Positions 1 to 14,421 of a stretch of 64,000 bases of DNA are shown here, in pieces. Position numbers and translations under genes: made by a program. The stretch is taken from the NCBI GenBank assembly GCA_050084985.1, contig JBITNC010000001.1, positions 24,304,001 to 24,368,000 on the forward strand, written 5' to 3'. This stretch comes from Nageia nagi (taxonomy: Eukaryota > Plantae > Pinophyta). The notes under the pieces were generated by a model that was not told where the DNA came from, made no database searches, and worked only from the letters and a program-made list of their open reading frames with translations. Numbering within the stretch: the first letter of the stretch is position 1; each line of letters opens with the position of its first letter.

Positions 1-318
1 GACTACTTATGAGTTGGAGCTACTCAAGGAGAGCAAGATTCATAATACCTTCCATGTTTCCCTTTTGAAGAAAGCCATGGGACAACATGATATTTCATCC
101 ATTACTCTCCCATAATTTTATGATGAGGGACAACTGGCTTTAATTATTGAGAGAGTGTTGGAGACCAGATTTAATAAATTAAGATCTAAATAGATTCAAA
201 AGTATTTGATCAAATGGAGGGATTTTCTAGATGAAGAATCCACATGGGAAGGAGCAAAGATACTTGCACATCTTGCATTGAATTACTTAAGGGTAAGCAA
301 TTTTTAGAGGGGAGGCTT
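1..318 (+). pseudogene. 3' end of chromovirus (Ty3/gypsy) pol: integrase C-terminus + chromodomain, then PPT
   Basis: Translates TTYELELLKESKIHNTFHVSLLKKAMG...YLIKWRDFLDEESTWEG with in-frame stops; purine tract AGAGGGGAGG at 306-315 just before the LTR; homologous to 47300-47600 on the - strand. Confidence 0.9.
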
Positions 319-1468
319 TGTGATGTCTCCCTTGCATAATTGTAAATAATTTTGAAATCCAATGGATTCCCCCTTTGTATTATATTTAATTATTTAATTA
401 TGATTTTAAGTTAGTATTTGGGATAAAGTACTTAATGGGTCATTGGAACCCACTATGAGCCCCAAGTAGGATGTTTCTCTCCCAAGTGTAAATTAAAGTA
501 TTTTAATGTACTTGGAGATCTTGATACATGATTTTAGGAATCCCAAGGTCTATTTAGCATATAATATATGGATGAGCACCTAATGGACCCAATGTTGAGA
601 TTGGAAGCACTTGTACATATGCACCAACCTTGGGGAGACTTATATACCCCCATGTTGGCCCATGATACCCATGTTTCCACCCTATATGCCCATGCATACC
701 TCCTGTACCCATGCATGCATTCTTAGATCCATGTGGAGCATGAGAGAAGGTCAAATACCCATGTTGAGTCAGGGCTTGAGGGGAATGGATGATGACATGG
801 AGATGAGATCCAAATCTAGTAAAGCTATATTAGCACTTGGAGCCTTATTATTGCATATACATATTTGATATTATTCGCATACCATCCAAAGGATAAACAT
901 CTTAGTGCAATTCTTAGCAAGATCCCTAGGTACAACATCTAGGAGGATTAGTAGGCTGAGGGATCCTGTTAGTTTATGATTTTAGTGTAGTACCCTAGCC
1001 CATCCAATGGTATTCTGAGGTTGAGTTTCTATCATTCAATTGGTGGCCAAGGTTTGAGAGGATTCATATTATAAGGGAACAAGATTGTCCCACACATTAT
1101 TCATCCATCCAATAGTGAGAGACACATGTTGTACCCTAGTTGGATCCTTAGAGGCCAACATCCAACCCTAGAGGTTTGGCATTATAACATTGCTCATTAT
1201 TTATCTTCAACACAACCATTGGGTACTTGAATCTTAGTATTTATCTTGTGTATGCTTTCATATTCAATGTTATGGTGTATTTACTATTTAATTCATATTG
1301 TAGCTAGATGTTGGCATTATGAGATTGTGTTTTATTATATCTTGAGCTCTAATCCTAACATTGGCATATTAAGGCACTTGGATTGTTTAGGCTCTTCTAG
1401 GCCAGATGTGGGTGTTAGTTTGAAGGAATTATCTTATTTCTATGATAAATTACATTAGGGATTTTACA
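319..1468 (+). mobile_element. 3' LTR of chromovirus (LTR family B)
   Basis: Starts TGTGATG after the PPT, ends GGGATTTTACA; collinear with the reverse complement of the LTR at 50503-51680; copia integrase sequence follows immediately. Confidence 0.8.
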
Positions 1469-3560
1469 TTCCCCTTCATAAAAAATGGCATCTCTTGAGA
1501 AAATGGTCTTATAAGTCTTGGGATTATAGAATTTGTAAGCTTTGGAGTGCTTATAATATCCTATAAACACACATGCTTCTGATTTTGCATCCAATGTTTT
1601 TCTCTTTTCATCACTCACATGAACATATGCAAGGAAACCAAAAACCTCAAATGTTGCAGTTTTTTTTTCTCTCAAACCAAGCTTCATAAGGAGTAATTTT
1701 ATTTAAAATTATTTTAGGAGACATATTAAACTATATACACTATTGTTATTATTACTTTAGCCTAATAAGCATTGGACAATTTCTTACTTTGCATCTTGTT
1801 TCTTTCCATCTCAACCAAGGTTCTTCCTTTTTGCTATACCATTTTGTTGTGGTTTGTAGGGAGAGGTGAGATGTCTCCTAATGCTATTGTGTTTGTAATA
1901 CTAAAAGAATTCATTACTACAATACTCTCCTCCTTTATCACTTCTCAAACACTTCACATGATATCCACTAAATGCTTCTCAATAAAATTTCTATTTTTTT
2001 AAAATAATCTAATACCTCATCTTTACTTTTAATGAAATAAGCCCAACACATTCTACTCAAATCATCAATGAAAGTGATAAAGTAAGAGGATTTATCAAAA
2101 CTTTGAGTTTGCATAGGCCCAAAAATGTTACTATGGACCAATTGTTGAGGGTGTTTGGCTTTCCATGCCTCTTCATTTGGAACTTGCTTCTTTCTTTCTT
2201 TGCAGATGCACATCCCTCACATGCTTCTTTGTAATATTCTACTTGTGACAGCCCTCTCATGATTGATTCAAGTATCTTCAAAATTTAAAAATTCAAATGC
2301 CTAAGCCTAATGTACCAAAGTGCATTTTTATCTTCAATTCCTATAAAAATAAAATCTCTATCATTCTCAAGAAAATCAATTAAGAGGAACAAATGTTCTT
2401 CTCCATAACCTTGCTCTTAATGGGTATATTTTCCTTCATTTTCTTACTGTAATCTACAGTCACTCTCAAAATGAACAAATTTATTACAATAATAACATTG
2501 CAAATTTTGTTTATCTTTACCTCTTTCTCTTTCAGAGTGTCTCCCCACAAAGAATAAGCTTGTTCACTTTTAGAATTTGTTTTCTCTACCTCTACCTCTT
2601 CTAAATATGCCTATTCCTCTTGAGTCTCTACCTTGTCCTCTTCCTTTTGCTTCATTTTCTTTAATAGAAAATGCTTGTTCATCACTATTATTTATTATTA
2701 TTTTTGCACTTTTTAAAAATATCTCTTCATGTGATGTAGTAGAGCCAATTCATGACCAATCTCCATGGTTTAAAGGTCTTTTATCTCCTCAATTATGAGT
2801 GCAACAGTATCATATTTTTCTATCAAAATCCTCAAGACTTTCTTGATCACAACTTCTTTCTCAAATTTCTCTCCTAGAGTGGACCTTTTATTGACTATGG
2901 CTTTCAATCTCATACAATAATCTTTATCACTCTCATTATCTTCTTATTTTAATTTTCAAACTCTCTTTTCATGGTTTGAAGCTTTGCTTCTTTAACCTTC
3001 AAGCTCCCTTGGTAGCCTTCTCTCAATGTTTCCCATGCTTCTTGGGCTAAGATACATGATAATATTATTGAAAAAATGCTCTTTTCAAGATATGCTTGGA
3101 TGAAAGAGAGATCCATGGATTTTTTCTTCTCTTTATCCTTTTCCTCCCTACTTGCATATGCACTTAAAGTGTTCCAATCTATCGAATCAATACATAGCCA
3201 ACTTCTACAATATCTCAGTAGCCTCTTCCCTTCAAGAGAATATTTATTAGGATTGTATTTGAGTTACTTGATGTGTCTTCTTCTCCTTCCTAGATAAACT
3301 TATTGAAATCAAAATGATCCAATGAAGCTTTGATTCCAAATGAAATGATTTAACACAAATAAATAAATGAATTACATAAGCAATCTAATGGCAAACTCAA
3401 TTCTATAACTCAAGGTAAGATTGAATTCAACAATGGAGGCTCACAATCTTATAAACACCCATAAACTTGCATATATATTAACATCTTGAAATGAAGGATA
3501 TTAACATCTTGAAATGAAGAGATAAAGTTTTATTAAAAAACATAACACTTAAAACTAGCT
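1469..3560 (-). mobile_element. Decayed Ty1/copia 5' half (gag, GAG-pre-integrase, integrase), PBS and partial 5' LTR
   Basis: QLVHSNIFGPMQTQSFDKSSYFITFIDDLSR; FGFLAYVHVSDEKRKTLDAKSEACVFIGY...SRDAIFYE; gag knuckle CYYCNKFVHFESDC near 2460-2505; PBS-like TGGAATCAAAGCT (3338-3326); LTR boundary at 3341, far end uncertain. Confidence 0.85.
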
Positions 3561-4291
3561 AATAGGCTACATTTGTAATCGATTATTTGGTTTCACAGTT
3601 GGTATACAAGGAATAGATTCTCAAATAGATATGTGAATGGTAAAACAATGAGCTCATATTTGATATTTTCAAGTGGGAGGGTGCCCATACTTTAAAATCA
3701 TAGATGAATTACAAAGATTAGAAATGCATCATAATTTATATCAAAGAATCCAATCATCTCAAACAAAAAGTAATTATTGGTAGATCATGTAGAATAACAA
3801 GTTTTAGAATTATTATGTAATGAAACAACCTTAGAAAAATACAAAAATTACTCAAACTCCACATAATTTTATTCTATATAATTAAATATTTTATCAAAAT
3901 AAATTTAAAAGAATAATAAAATATCATATCCAACTCTAAATGCCAATTTATTACAAAACATATCTTCAAGATATCACAAATACTACCCTAGGGGTGGGAT
4001 GTCCCACTAAACAATCCAATAAACATAAATTTGATGCTCAAAATTAACTTATTACTCACAAAGGATGGAATTTAAACTGGGGATCCAAATTTGGCTCAAG
4101 AATGCACAAAAGTCACTCCAAAAAATAAAACTAACTAGACATTTGAGTCAAGGATGAAATGATGTTCCAAATGATTACTGATTCAAGTATGGGCATATCA
4201 CTCTTAGGTTTCAAACCCTCAAATATGATGCAAAAAATGCAATGAAGCTCAATTTTGAAACCTAAATGGATCCACCAAGGAAGATATCAAG

Positions 4292-4428
4292 GGTTTTCAT
4301 CCTTAAGCCCTTAAAGCCAAAAAGGGTTTTTATCCTCAAGGCCTCTCTTGTAGGTTTTCATCCTTAAACCCTTAAAGCCAAAAAGGGTTTTTATCCTCAA
4401 GGCCTCTCTTGTAGGTTTTCATCCATAA
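4292..4428. repeat. 61-bp tandem repeat x2.2, near-identical
   Basis: GGTTTTCATCC recurs at 4292, 4353 and 4414; one mismatch between the two full units. Confidence 0.95.
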
Positions 4429-6519
4429 GAGGAATTGTGGAAAGGGTTGATCTAGCCACTCACTTGAAATTAGAAATTAAATACAAACCAAGCATGTCTT
4501 TCAAATGGTGTGCTCCTTCTCTAAGTAGCCAAATGTCCCACTTTGGGATCTTGACTCCACCTTGGAATAACACAAAACTATGCATCCCATTTAGAAGCTC
4601 TTATTTTTAACTTGGAATCTTAAATTTTGAATCTTGAAGTATCTAAGTGCATTATTACATAATATGTCCTATTTTGGGACTCATAATTTTCCTTGGGATT
4701 ACAAATGTGGTTTAGGAATTATTTATTAAAACATTAGAGCATTAATGAATTCCTTTTTATTAAAAATATCAAAAGCACTCCTAAAGTACTTAAAAGAAAC
4801 CTAAACTAACTCTTGAAATGGTGTGTCCCACTCTTAGTGATAAATTCAAATATTATGATGTAACAAATGAGTAGGACCCTCAATCTTGGATCCTTACATA
4901 TTACATCTTTTTTTCAACCGTAGAAAGCTACAAGTTGGAAGCATGGCATGATAGTTGAATACTCTAGAAGGAACAATTGTCGATGTATTACTACAAAACC
5001 CACTAGGGTTACTCCCTTTGGTTTCAACATCATGAGATTTTTGATCTCAAATATTTGGGGAGCCCCTGACTCTTTATATAAAATTTTCTTAGCTTTAATG
5101 AAACCTATTAGATTTGACAATTTGAATATCCCTTGCTACCTTTTCTCTAACATATTAGAGTTGCATTAAATATTCTCCTAATCACTTATGGACATTAATA
5201 TCAATTTTCAAATATGTACCTAGTTCAACAGGTTAAAAAATTATATCAATAAATTCATTAGTATATTTTTTGATATTTTGTTTGAAAACTATATTTCAAA
5301 TATTGACTCTTGCTTTTTAGGGAAAACACATAAGGGTTTGATGATATAAATGTTAGAGGACTTCAAGTGGGATATAAAACTATATAATTTAAAATATTAC
5401 CATTGAACTTAAAATATTGAATGGATTTGAATCTACTTGGATCATTGTATCCATTATCAATGAATATTCTCTTCATATTCCTTATAAATATGGATGCTTC
5501 AATAAATAAAATATGGTATTGGCTTCTCACATATTTGAATGAGGTAATTTTTTGCATTCTATCAAATGAATAACAATATTAATCAAAAGGAAAAATATTG
5601 AAATCATGGTTTACTAGTTCCTTATGCTCTCTCACAAGGACTACTTGATCATCTTTGATTTATTTAATAAGTCTAAGAATGAAATTTTAGCTTATTGTGA
5701 ACATGTTACGTTAGAGGAGCTTATGGGTAGAGGGTAGCTGAAAATATAATCTTTATTAAAAATTAAATCTTTTATTAAAATATGGGGGCCTTAGGTTCAA
5801 ATATCATCCCCTATAATAGGTGGATATAATTGCAAATCCTCTTGGATGGTGGTAGGTATGGGCAAGTTTGGGTGTGAACCCTAAGTGAATTTGATGGATT
5901 TGATACCCTTAATCATGGTAGCGTAACCTAAAAAAAATCCTACAAGAGGTGGTTTCTAATTTTAAAAATAAATGCTTGTATTTTTAATTTGATTTAAAAA
6001 ATGGCTCTAAAATAACTTCAATTCATAATTAATTAAAAATATGATGTAAATTAAAGTTTGTATTTTAAAAGGAAATCTCAAAATGTAGAGTAAAAAGAGT
6101 AATCCATAAAAATTATAAGGAAATTGTAAAAAATCAATGATGTTAATGCATTAGTATTATGGGTAAGTTTAAAAATATATATACAAATAAAAATTTCAAA
6201 TATTTGTGGAAAAATCTAACATATTTAAAAAAGAAAAAGAAAAAAAAGGAGATACAACCAATATTAGTATACATTAGAGAGATGAGACAAAAAATTCAAG
6301 ATTTTGAAATAAATCATATTAAGAGTTTAGTGATGTTGAAGCAAATTGTATGGTAAATTTAAGAACAACAATTTATATTGTATACATTATAATTAAATTA
6401 AATAAATATTTAACATGAATTAAAGAGCCTAAATGATAGTAAAAGATATAACAATGAAGTAAAAATTAATAACAAATAAAAACAATAATGATATGATAGT
6501 AATAGATGATGAGTTAGCT

Positions 6520-7135
6520 ATTGAATAAGATTTAAAACCTATAAGAGAGGCATCATAAGTTAAATACATATCACCTTACTTAGACAATCAACTATATGCA
6601 TAAACCTAGACTTGTCACAAGAGTAGGATATTAGGATGCAGAACTCAGTAATCAAGACAGTGCAACAGACCAATGTGGATGGTAAGGCAATGTAGATGAT
6701 ACTCTCCTTGCATATTATTCCTTACAACCAATATCCCTAGCAATGCATAGATATGACAAGCCTAGTTTATCATATAATAGCAAAAGATGAATGCCAAAAT
6801 TCTCATGTTATAATAGATCTCAATCTCGATAGATGATGTCCACATACCCCTTATCTTTTTTAGTAATTGAGTGTGATTATTGACATGAGAATTTGGTAAT
6901 CTTCTCATGTTATCTTACTTCCTTTTATAGGAATAAGAACCACCATAATGCATGTCTATAAGAGAGTGTCGATATTAGGGTTCTTGCAAACAAAAAGAGA
7001 AACAACATGATAAGAGCATATAAGTTAGCTTAAATAACAATAACATGAGATATAACATTAAAATAGAACATATCATTAATTAAGTAACATGATAATTAAT
7101 TTATGAAATTAGGTATCAAAATTAAATGTCAACAA
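6520..7135 (-). repeat. Dispersed repeat copy 1 with a decayed exon-like coding segment
   Basis: Collinear with 19960-20525 (e.g. GACAAGCCTAGTTT, AATAAGAACCA, ATGATAAGAGCA, AAAATTAAAT.TCAACAAA). Confidence 0.8.
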
Positions 7136-8234
7136 AGAGAACCATTTGTAATTTTAAAGAAATGAAATGTAATTATGTTTGGAAAGAAAATCCATAACTA
7201 AAAGGATAGAAAAACTTTCCTGCCTTAGTGGAGTTTGAAATCAATAAACTTTTGATTATATATTATTTCCCCTCTTTGCATTGATTATGGTTAGATATAT
7301 GGCAATCTATTGCAATCAAATGTAAAGAACCTATGATGAGAGAATATAAAAAATCTCCAAAGGGCATACATAGAATCATGTTATATAAATACATTATTAG
7401 AGAAAATAAACATGAAATTATTATAACATAAAGAATAGTACAAATGTATTGTCATGAGGTAATATGCCCCATTATTATATTCCATAACATAAAGCATCAT
7501 CATGAGATACAATACCTCATTCCTAAATCTATAATGGTTAATTCAAAACCCAAGCAATAAAGGTACAAGGATAACAAGGATAATAAAGGATAGAAAGTGA
7601 TAGTAATCATCACAATGAGTTTCATCATTATTGGTAAACTTTTCCCTAGGTACCATTAAAAAGTATATAAATGAAATATAATGATAGATATAAGTTGTAA
7701 AATAATACTTGCACTTTCCTTTTGGAGAGACATTCAATGTTGTAGGATTGAGCTTATTGGTATCCTAATGTTAACGTTGCCATCAACATCCACATTGTTC
7801 TACAAAAGCATTGGTTATGAAATTGCTTGACAATCATCCTTATCAATAATGCTTTATTTTTGGATATTTTCTTTTGGTTTTGATGTTTGAATGCTTTAAA
7901 AAGTTTCTACTACATGATACCACTTGATTTGGATGGTAACTCATCATGTGAACTACTCTTGAAACTTTTCCTGATGGTAACAAATCATAGATGTTTTCTC
8001 TTAAATGAAAGAACCTGACAATGCTTTTAAACTATGAATGAACATACTAAATTCTTAGTATGGATGCTAGAATGACATATACAAACCACTTTAAGAGGAC
8101 TCTTGTACTCAATTGAATACAAATAAATTTATCTCAAACTAAAAATAATAACTGAATTGATTATGGTTGTCATTCTTATGCATAAAAGGGCTTGAGATGC
8201 ATGTTATTAATAGATAATTTATATTCTTTAGCTT

Positions 8235-8460
8235 ATACCATTTGCAACTTATAGGTTCCATTAGGATACTTGTCTACAATGATGTATGGTTCAATCCAAT
8301 TGGACTCAAACTTATCCTTATCCTCTATCTAAACCTTAGTATTATGATTTTCCTTAAGTATCAAATCTTCAAGCTTGAACTCTATTTAACTTATTTTCTT
8401 TGCATAAGCCATCTTGATTTTGTTCTGATAGACCCTTAAATTTTCTAAAGCATGGACCCT
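8235..8460 (-). pseudogene. Tat/Ogre/Athila-type gypsy integrase C-terminal (GPY/F) remnant
   Basis: RVYQNKIKMAYAKK..EFKLEDLILKEN...DKFESNWIEPYIIVDKYPNGTYKL resembles the KF.PNW.GPY.I.....NG.Y.L motif of non-chromoviral gypsy integrases. Confidence 0.7.
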
Positions 8461-9777
8461 ATTTTTATATTAATTAATTTTATATTTTATTAATATTAAT
8501 TTTGATATATTAATATTAATTTTATATTGTATTATATGTTATAAAGCATTCCCTCAGGATAAATAAAAAATTGATCACATGCCTCAACATCGATGCTAGT
8601 TTACTTATGGACTCTTTTAAGAAGGTTCACTAATATTTTTGCTAAATAATATTTTATTTATTTGTGTAAGAGTCATCTATAAGCCATATATTTGATTCTT
8701 TTCATAAGGTTATGTGTTTGATTCACATCGAGTTCAAAAATCTTCAAGAGCCATTTGATATTAAATTAAATAAATATTTAGCATAAAATAAAGAGCTTAA
8801 ATGGTAGTAAAAATATAGCAATGAAGTGGCAATTAAAAATAGTTTAGAATATTGGTAGGGAAGGGGGGGTAAGTAGCATTTTACATGATGAAACCACACA
8901 TGCATAATAAAATTTGTATGACTTCCATGCACATTAGTCATATCTCATTAACTGTATAAGCATATGAGGTGATCCCCCACTCATTCCCACTTGGAACACC
9001 CTTGAGTTCCCTTTCCCCTCATGAACCTACACACCTCAGATCCCTAATTATGGTTGTTTCCTCTTCAGATAATGATTCCATATAGGAGGTAGTGGAAGCA
9101 CTGATTGTAATGGTAGAAAGTAAGGATAGTAGTTGTGTTTTCTGAGCAAGGAACTATAAGAAGAAGATTGTTACCTCAAACTTAGAGGAAGAAGAAGAAA
9201 TTGTATCCCCTACAATCATGCAAGCCAGAGAAAAAGAGAAAGGTAAGGAAATAATGCCCAAACTTAGTATAGAAACATCAAACCCACCTAGGAAAAACTT
9301 CTAAGTGTAAGAAACTGGTAAGAAAACAAAAATTTAAGTTGCCATGTGAAGATCAATTATTTAATTTCTTGGTGAAATCATGAAAGGAAAATTTTGAAGG
9401 CATGTGAATTTATGGGATACCCATGTAGAGAGAAGGGAGAATATTAAAATATATGTAGATATAGAGTAAACAAAAGATAAACATTTATGGAATGTTAATC
9501 TTAAGCTATATCCTATTCATAATATGAACCAATAAGTTTGAAGACCAAGAGAGAGGTTGAAAAATTGGTGGCAAGATACAGAAGTAGGATTATCTGTTAA
9601 TTATTTTGAGAGAGGTGGAAAACATATTAAGTGGGAGGGGAGTGGTGGATGACCTATTTCTATTGAGCCATGAGCATTAGGTGGATGCTCATACATTATT
9701 GAGTGTAAGGTACACAAGGCTCGAGGAGGATGCAATTCATGCACACTAATTATGCTTACAATCACCCTACAATGCTC

Positions 9778-9785
9778 TATAAATA
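9778..9785 (+). promoter_or_regulatory. TATA box of the PMD-like gene, followed by a pyrimidine-rich 19-bp repeat leader (9810-9910)
   Basis: CTATAAATAC, then repeats of CCTATTTTCTCTACT, a splice donor AAG/GTATGT near 9920 and an acceptor TTTATGTAG near 10024. Confidence 0.5.
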
Positions 9786-10242
9786 CAATGGAGGGGTCAT
9801 TTTGGACATTATTTTCTCTACTACAACCTATTTTCTCTACTCTAGATCAAAGCCTTGACATTATTTCCTCTACTCCAGCCTATTTTCTCTACTCTAGCCT
9901 ATTTTCTCTCCTTCTTAAAGGTATGTAATATTAGTTTCTTTACTTCTTAGAGGTATGAAATATTATTATTAAAAATTCAAGAATTTTATAGGTTTTATAA
10001 ATTTTTATAATTTTTATTTATGTAGCTAACCATTTCAACATCCATGGATGCTAACATTGGAAAATGCCAAATAATATCGATGAGGGACCAGAAATTCACA
10101 AAGGAGCTCATGTTGACCTTCAAGAATCCACCTACAATTAAATGGAAGGAAATGCTTAGTGAACAAGATGCTTTAACAATATGGATTTCAATTACAGGTA
10201 AGAAATCATTATAGGTTTATTGACTTTAGTTCTTTGAATACT

Positions 10243-11737
10243 TGTGATGAGAGCTCACTCCTAAAATGTACCTTAGGAGAGGGATATTTCACTTCAAGCT
10301 TCCAAATTGCTCAAAACAAGCTCAAACATGCACCAATATTTCAACAACTTGCTAGGCAATGTAAATTTAGCAATGATAATCTAAAAATACTCACAATACT
10401 TCAATATTTAGTTATGCTTAATAATCATACAAATAGAACATGCAATCTCTCCAGTATTCCAATGAATCAATTAGGGAGAAAAATGATAGATTAATAATGC
10501 AAAATACCTCCATAAACCCAACATTCTAGTTGGAGAGCCAAAATAAAAATTAAATAATAAAATAAACACTCCAGATCCAATGTTACAATCAGAAAGGAAA
10601 AATGGCAATTCAATAATGTAATGATTCTTCCAAATCTAATATCCAAGCACATAGAGAGAAATAACAACATTTTAATAACATAAAGTAATTGCATTGATAA
10701 AGCAATAATAGAGTGTAATTACATTTTTATCAACCAACAAATTTTGTACCAAGACTATCTCCTATAGGGTTATTTCATATGGCTTCAAGGACTCATTAAT
10801 CCCAGAAGCAATAAGGTAAGAGCAAATATCATTTATAGCAACTATGATGGAACTAACAACATTCCTCTTAATATGGCTAGAGTAAGTTTGAAGGTATTCT
10901 CCTATCCCCTTGATACCTCAAATGTAGATTGCCACACAAATGGAAAGTATAGAGTCTCCACTCAATTCAAAATAAAAGGATTTAATATCAAATTTAACAT
11001 ATCTCATAATGGTTATGACTCCTCCTTTTATAGGTGAGGGTGATTATCTTCTAATCTTGCATTGAGATGATTTGATAGTGGAGAGATGTGATCTGTGTGC
11101 TCATGTATGCAATGTCCAAGATGGGGAGCCTTTGAAAATTGAAATCACATCCAAGGGCTAGAATGCCAACATTCAAGTAGGGGTGATATTGAAGTGCCTT
11201 GTGATCAATGCCATCTATCCATGTTTTTATAAAGGAAAATGTGGCACTTGGGATTCTCCAATGCCCAACATCTATGCTCTAGGATCATCTACTTGCCTTG
11301 AGATTACCAATGCCTAGTTTAAAGTGCCACATCCATCCTTGAAGCTCTAAATAACCTTATAGTCAGAACAATCACCCAAGGGAATGTTCTACCTCGAAGA
11401 GGGAGGCACTGATGATTAGAGATATATTTAATGAAAATATTATAATCATCAAGGCTAAAATATGCAATGCCTCATTTAATGAGACTAATATTGCATTTAC
11501 AATCATAATTACCTTGGTATCACAAATACAAACTTTATTAGCATTTTGGAAAATAACTAAATAAAATCAATAAAAAAGGGGCTATTTATTCCATAATTAG
11601 AGCTTTATTAATTATCTATGTGGAATTTATAATATTTTGGTTGAATTATACTAAAATAGAATAAAATATTTCTAAATTAATGTTCCCATTTATCAGAGGT
11701 GAAATAGAGAAAACACCTAAAAAATGGGGATATTACA
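10243..11737 (-). mobile_element. Solo LTR, family A
   Basis: TGTGATGA...GGGGATATTACA termini; flanks ATACT / ATGCT (5-bp TSD, one transition); collinear with 22142-23558 and 35353-36495. Confidence 0.85.
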
Positions 11738-14151
11738 ATGCTCTCAACTCTATGCATGGTAATTAGGGTATTAGGTCAAGTTAGGGACTATTTTTTTATT
11801 AATTAGGGTATTAATTATTGTAATATATTTTATCTTGCAAGTCTAGAAGGTGTTGTCAAAATGCCCCATTTTGATTTAGAGACCAAAGTCTTAAATTGTA
11901 TTGTTAAGAACTAAGATCCCATCTTGGCCACCATCATAACTATGACAAATTAAGTAAGGGTTACCTTCATGATAACTAAAAGCAACATCCATTAGTTGAT
12001 AGGCTTTCCAGATGATGGAGAGGTGATCAATGAACACTACATTCTAAACCAAAATGATAATAATTATCTAGAAGAATATTTTGGATTCAACTTTGATAAT
12101 CATAAGATCTTTTGCACTATTGAATTTTTTCAATATTATTATCTTTAGTTGTTTGTAGAATTGAGACTAAGTTTCTTATATGTTATTGCATTTATGTATC
12201 AACACTTATAAGATAATAAAAAAGGGATTGCTAATGTGCACTATCAATAGTGAATTTCTTAAGGGTGTTATTGAGTTTTTTTTATTGTTAGGATTGTTAT
12301 AAATAAAAGAATGGATGATATACCATTTTGGGATGTGTCATGCTTTTTTCAATGTATTAAAAGATAAAAATATTAATGGTGTTCCCATATTACAAATAAA
12401 TGCAAGTTATATCTCACAACTCCTAATGCATCCCATAATACAATTATTTACATAGCAAACTACCTAATAGCTCTCTTTATAAATCATACTATGAACTAAA
12501 TAAGGAAGATACTCCAAGACCAACATATATGGGTTAATTGATGATAAAAACTACATTGAATAAAAGAGAGTTATAGGTAAGGTTTTGCCTAATGTTAATA
12601 GTCCTTTTCATATGTTAATAGGTTATTTTTTAAAGGTTGATGACTCATTTTTATCTTGTAGGAATTGGTTGCTAAGGAGATTGAGAGGTGATCAAAATAT
12701 ACAACAAAACACCATCCTTAGGAAATATATGTGAGCCCCATGAGCCTAGTCCTACTGATTATGAAGAGGATCCACATTCACTTACAAAATGTAGGGGTAA
12801 AAAATCTAGATGTATCAACAAGAAATATACAACTATAGACATTGAAGATGTTGAGGAGGCCACAGGAGGGTCAATCGAGCATGAGAAGATAGTGAACTAG
12901 TCCAAACCACTACTAAAAATCACTCTCAAAGTTCTAATTATGGATTATGAACATATGTCTCCTTTCAATGAGTTTTTTAGCTAACAACACATTATTTTCA
13001 TTTATGTTAATGAATCATTTACCTTATTCTAACGAATCATTTTTGTTATGTTGTTGCATGATTTTTCTTATCTTAAGAATTTATTTTACTTATGCTAATG
13101 AATTATTTGGGTTATGGAAAATTATTCAAAGTACCCACAACCCCTTTATAGCAATATCATCCAATTCATAGTGAATTTACTTTCCCAACCTAAACTAAAA
13201 AATATGCAAGTGCACCTGCTAGTCCAGTTAGGTGATTTTAATTTTTTCATTTAAAGTTGATTAATTATTTTATCCATTCTTTTTTCATTTAATACTAACA
13301 AATAGTTTTTCTAATGTAGGTACTTCATCCTTATTTCTACCCCACCTCCATAAGATTATTCTCAAGTAAAATCTATGAGAAGTGGCTTGGCTTATCAAGT
13401 TCAGTATTTATGAATTTCATAGATAATATCATCATGTATGGAGTTTGGTAATATTTTGGAAGTCCCATTAGTTAATTTGGAAAACTTGAATGTAGTATAC
13501 TATGATATTTAGGAGCTTATGGGTGTTATTAGTAGGTCTAATTGTGGCCTAGAAAACACTATTGAACACTTGTTCCCTAATCCAACTCCATCCCAGTCTC
13601 ATCATAATCTAACTCCATCCTAGTCTTGTCAACATTCAATTCTAATACCATATCACTCTCAACATAGTGCAAATAAATCGAACCTTAAATCCACTCTAAT
13701 TCCATATCAAGGTTAGCCTAAAAATAACCTAGATCAAACCTAATCCATATCAGTGGGAATAGAATGTCAAACTAATTTACATAAATTTATTGAGAAAGTT
13801 AAAGTTTTAACAACTTGGGAGAAGATGGAAAAGACCTTACTTGATGAAATTAATGAAATATATATAAAATATTCCCAAATAGAATAGGTATTTTTTGATA
13901 TAGAACATGAACCAAAAAAAATGATTCATTATTTAAAACTATTATTAATGCTGTAGTTAAGTTCATAAATAGGCCCAAGGATGACATTCTTGATGTTGGT
14001 TTGGAAAAGTTAGAGAACCTAAACATTGAGGCCCAAGTTTACTTAAATAATTAGAGTTGTACAAAATAAGAGGTTACAAAAGCAATAGCATTGCAAGAAG
14101 CTATTGAGGTATGTAACTTTTTATTTATTTTTCTAGTATAACCATTTCCAT

Positions 14152-14421
14152 ATGTAAATGAAATGTTTACATCCATATGTAAATGAATCATTTACATAAA
14201 TATGTAAATGATGCATTTACATATTCACATAAATAGTTCATTTAAATCCATAGTAAATGAACCATTTACATCCATATGTAAATGTTACGCTTAGATGAGG
14301 ATGCAAATGAATCATTTACATAAAGATGTAAACACACCATTTAGATGAAGATGTAAATGAATCATTTACATGAAGATGTAAATGTACCATTTACATAAGG
14401 ATGTAATTAACCTATTTAAGG
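14152..14421. repeat. Array of 11 palindromic 25-bp units (ATGTAAATG-N3-CATTTACAT-N4)
   Basis: Units start at 14152, 14177, 14202, 14227, ~14251, 14276, 14301, 14326, 14351, 14376, 14401. Confidence 0.95.

Noticed and set aside
534-868. Overlapping short ORFs rich in M/P/H/G/W
   Set aside because: They arise from CCCATG-type low-complexity repeats inside an LTR; no protein motif
3570-5570. Possible further LTR (ending TATTACA at 4905) and integrase-like IFIDNG peptide near 5450
   Set aside because: No partner LTR, TSD or second supporting motif; too decayed to call
5716-5810. Possible tRNA-derived SINE (AGCTTATGGGTAGAG ... GGTTCAAAT)
   Set aside because: Boxes are degenerate and widely spaced; no tail, TSD or second copy to support it
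14152-14421. CRISPR-like appearance of the palindromic repeat array
   Set aside because: Spacers are only 4 nt, there are no cas genes, and the context is plant TE sequence
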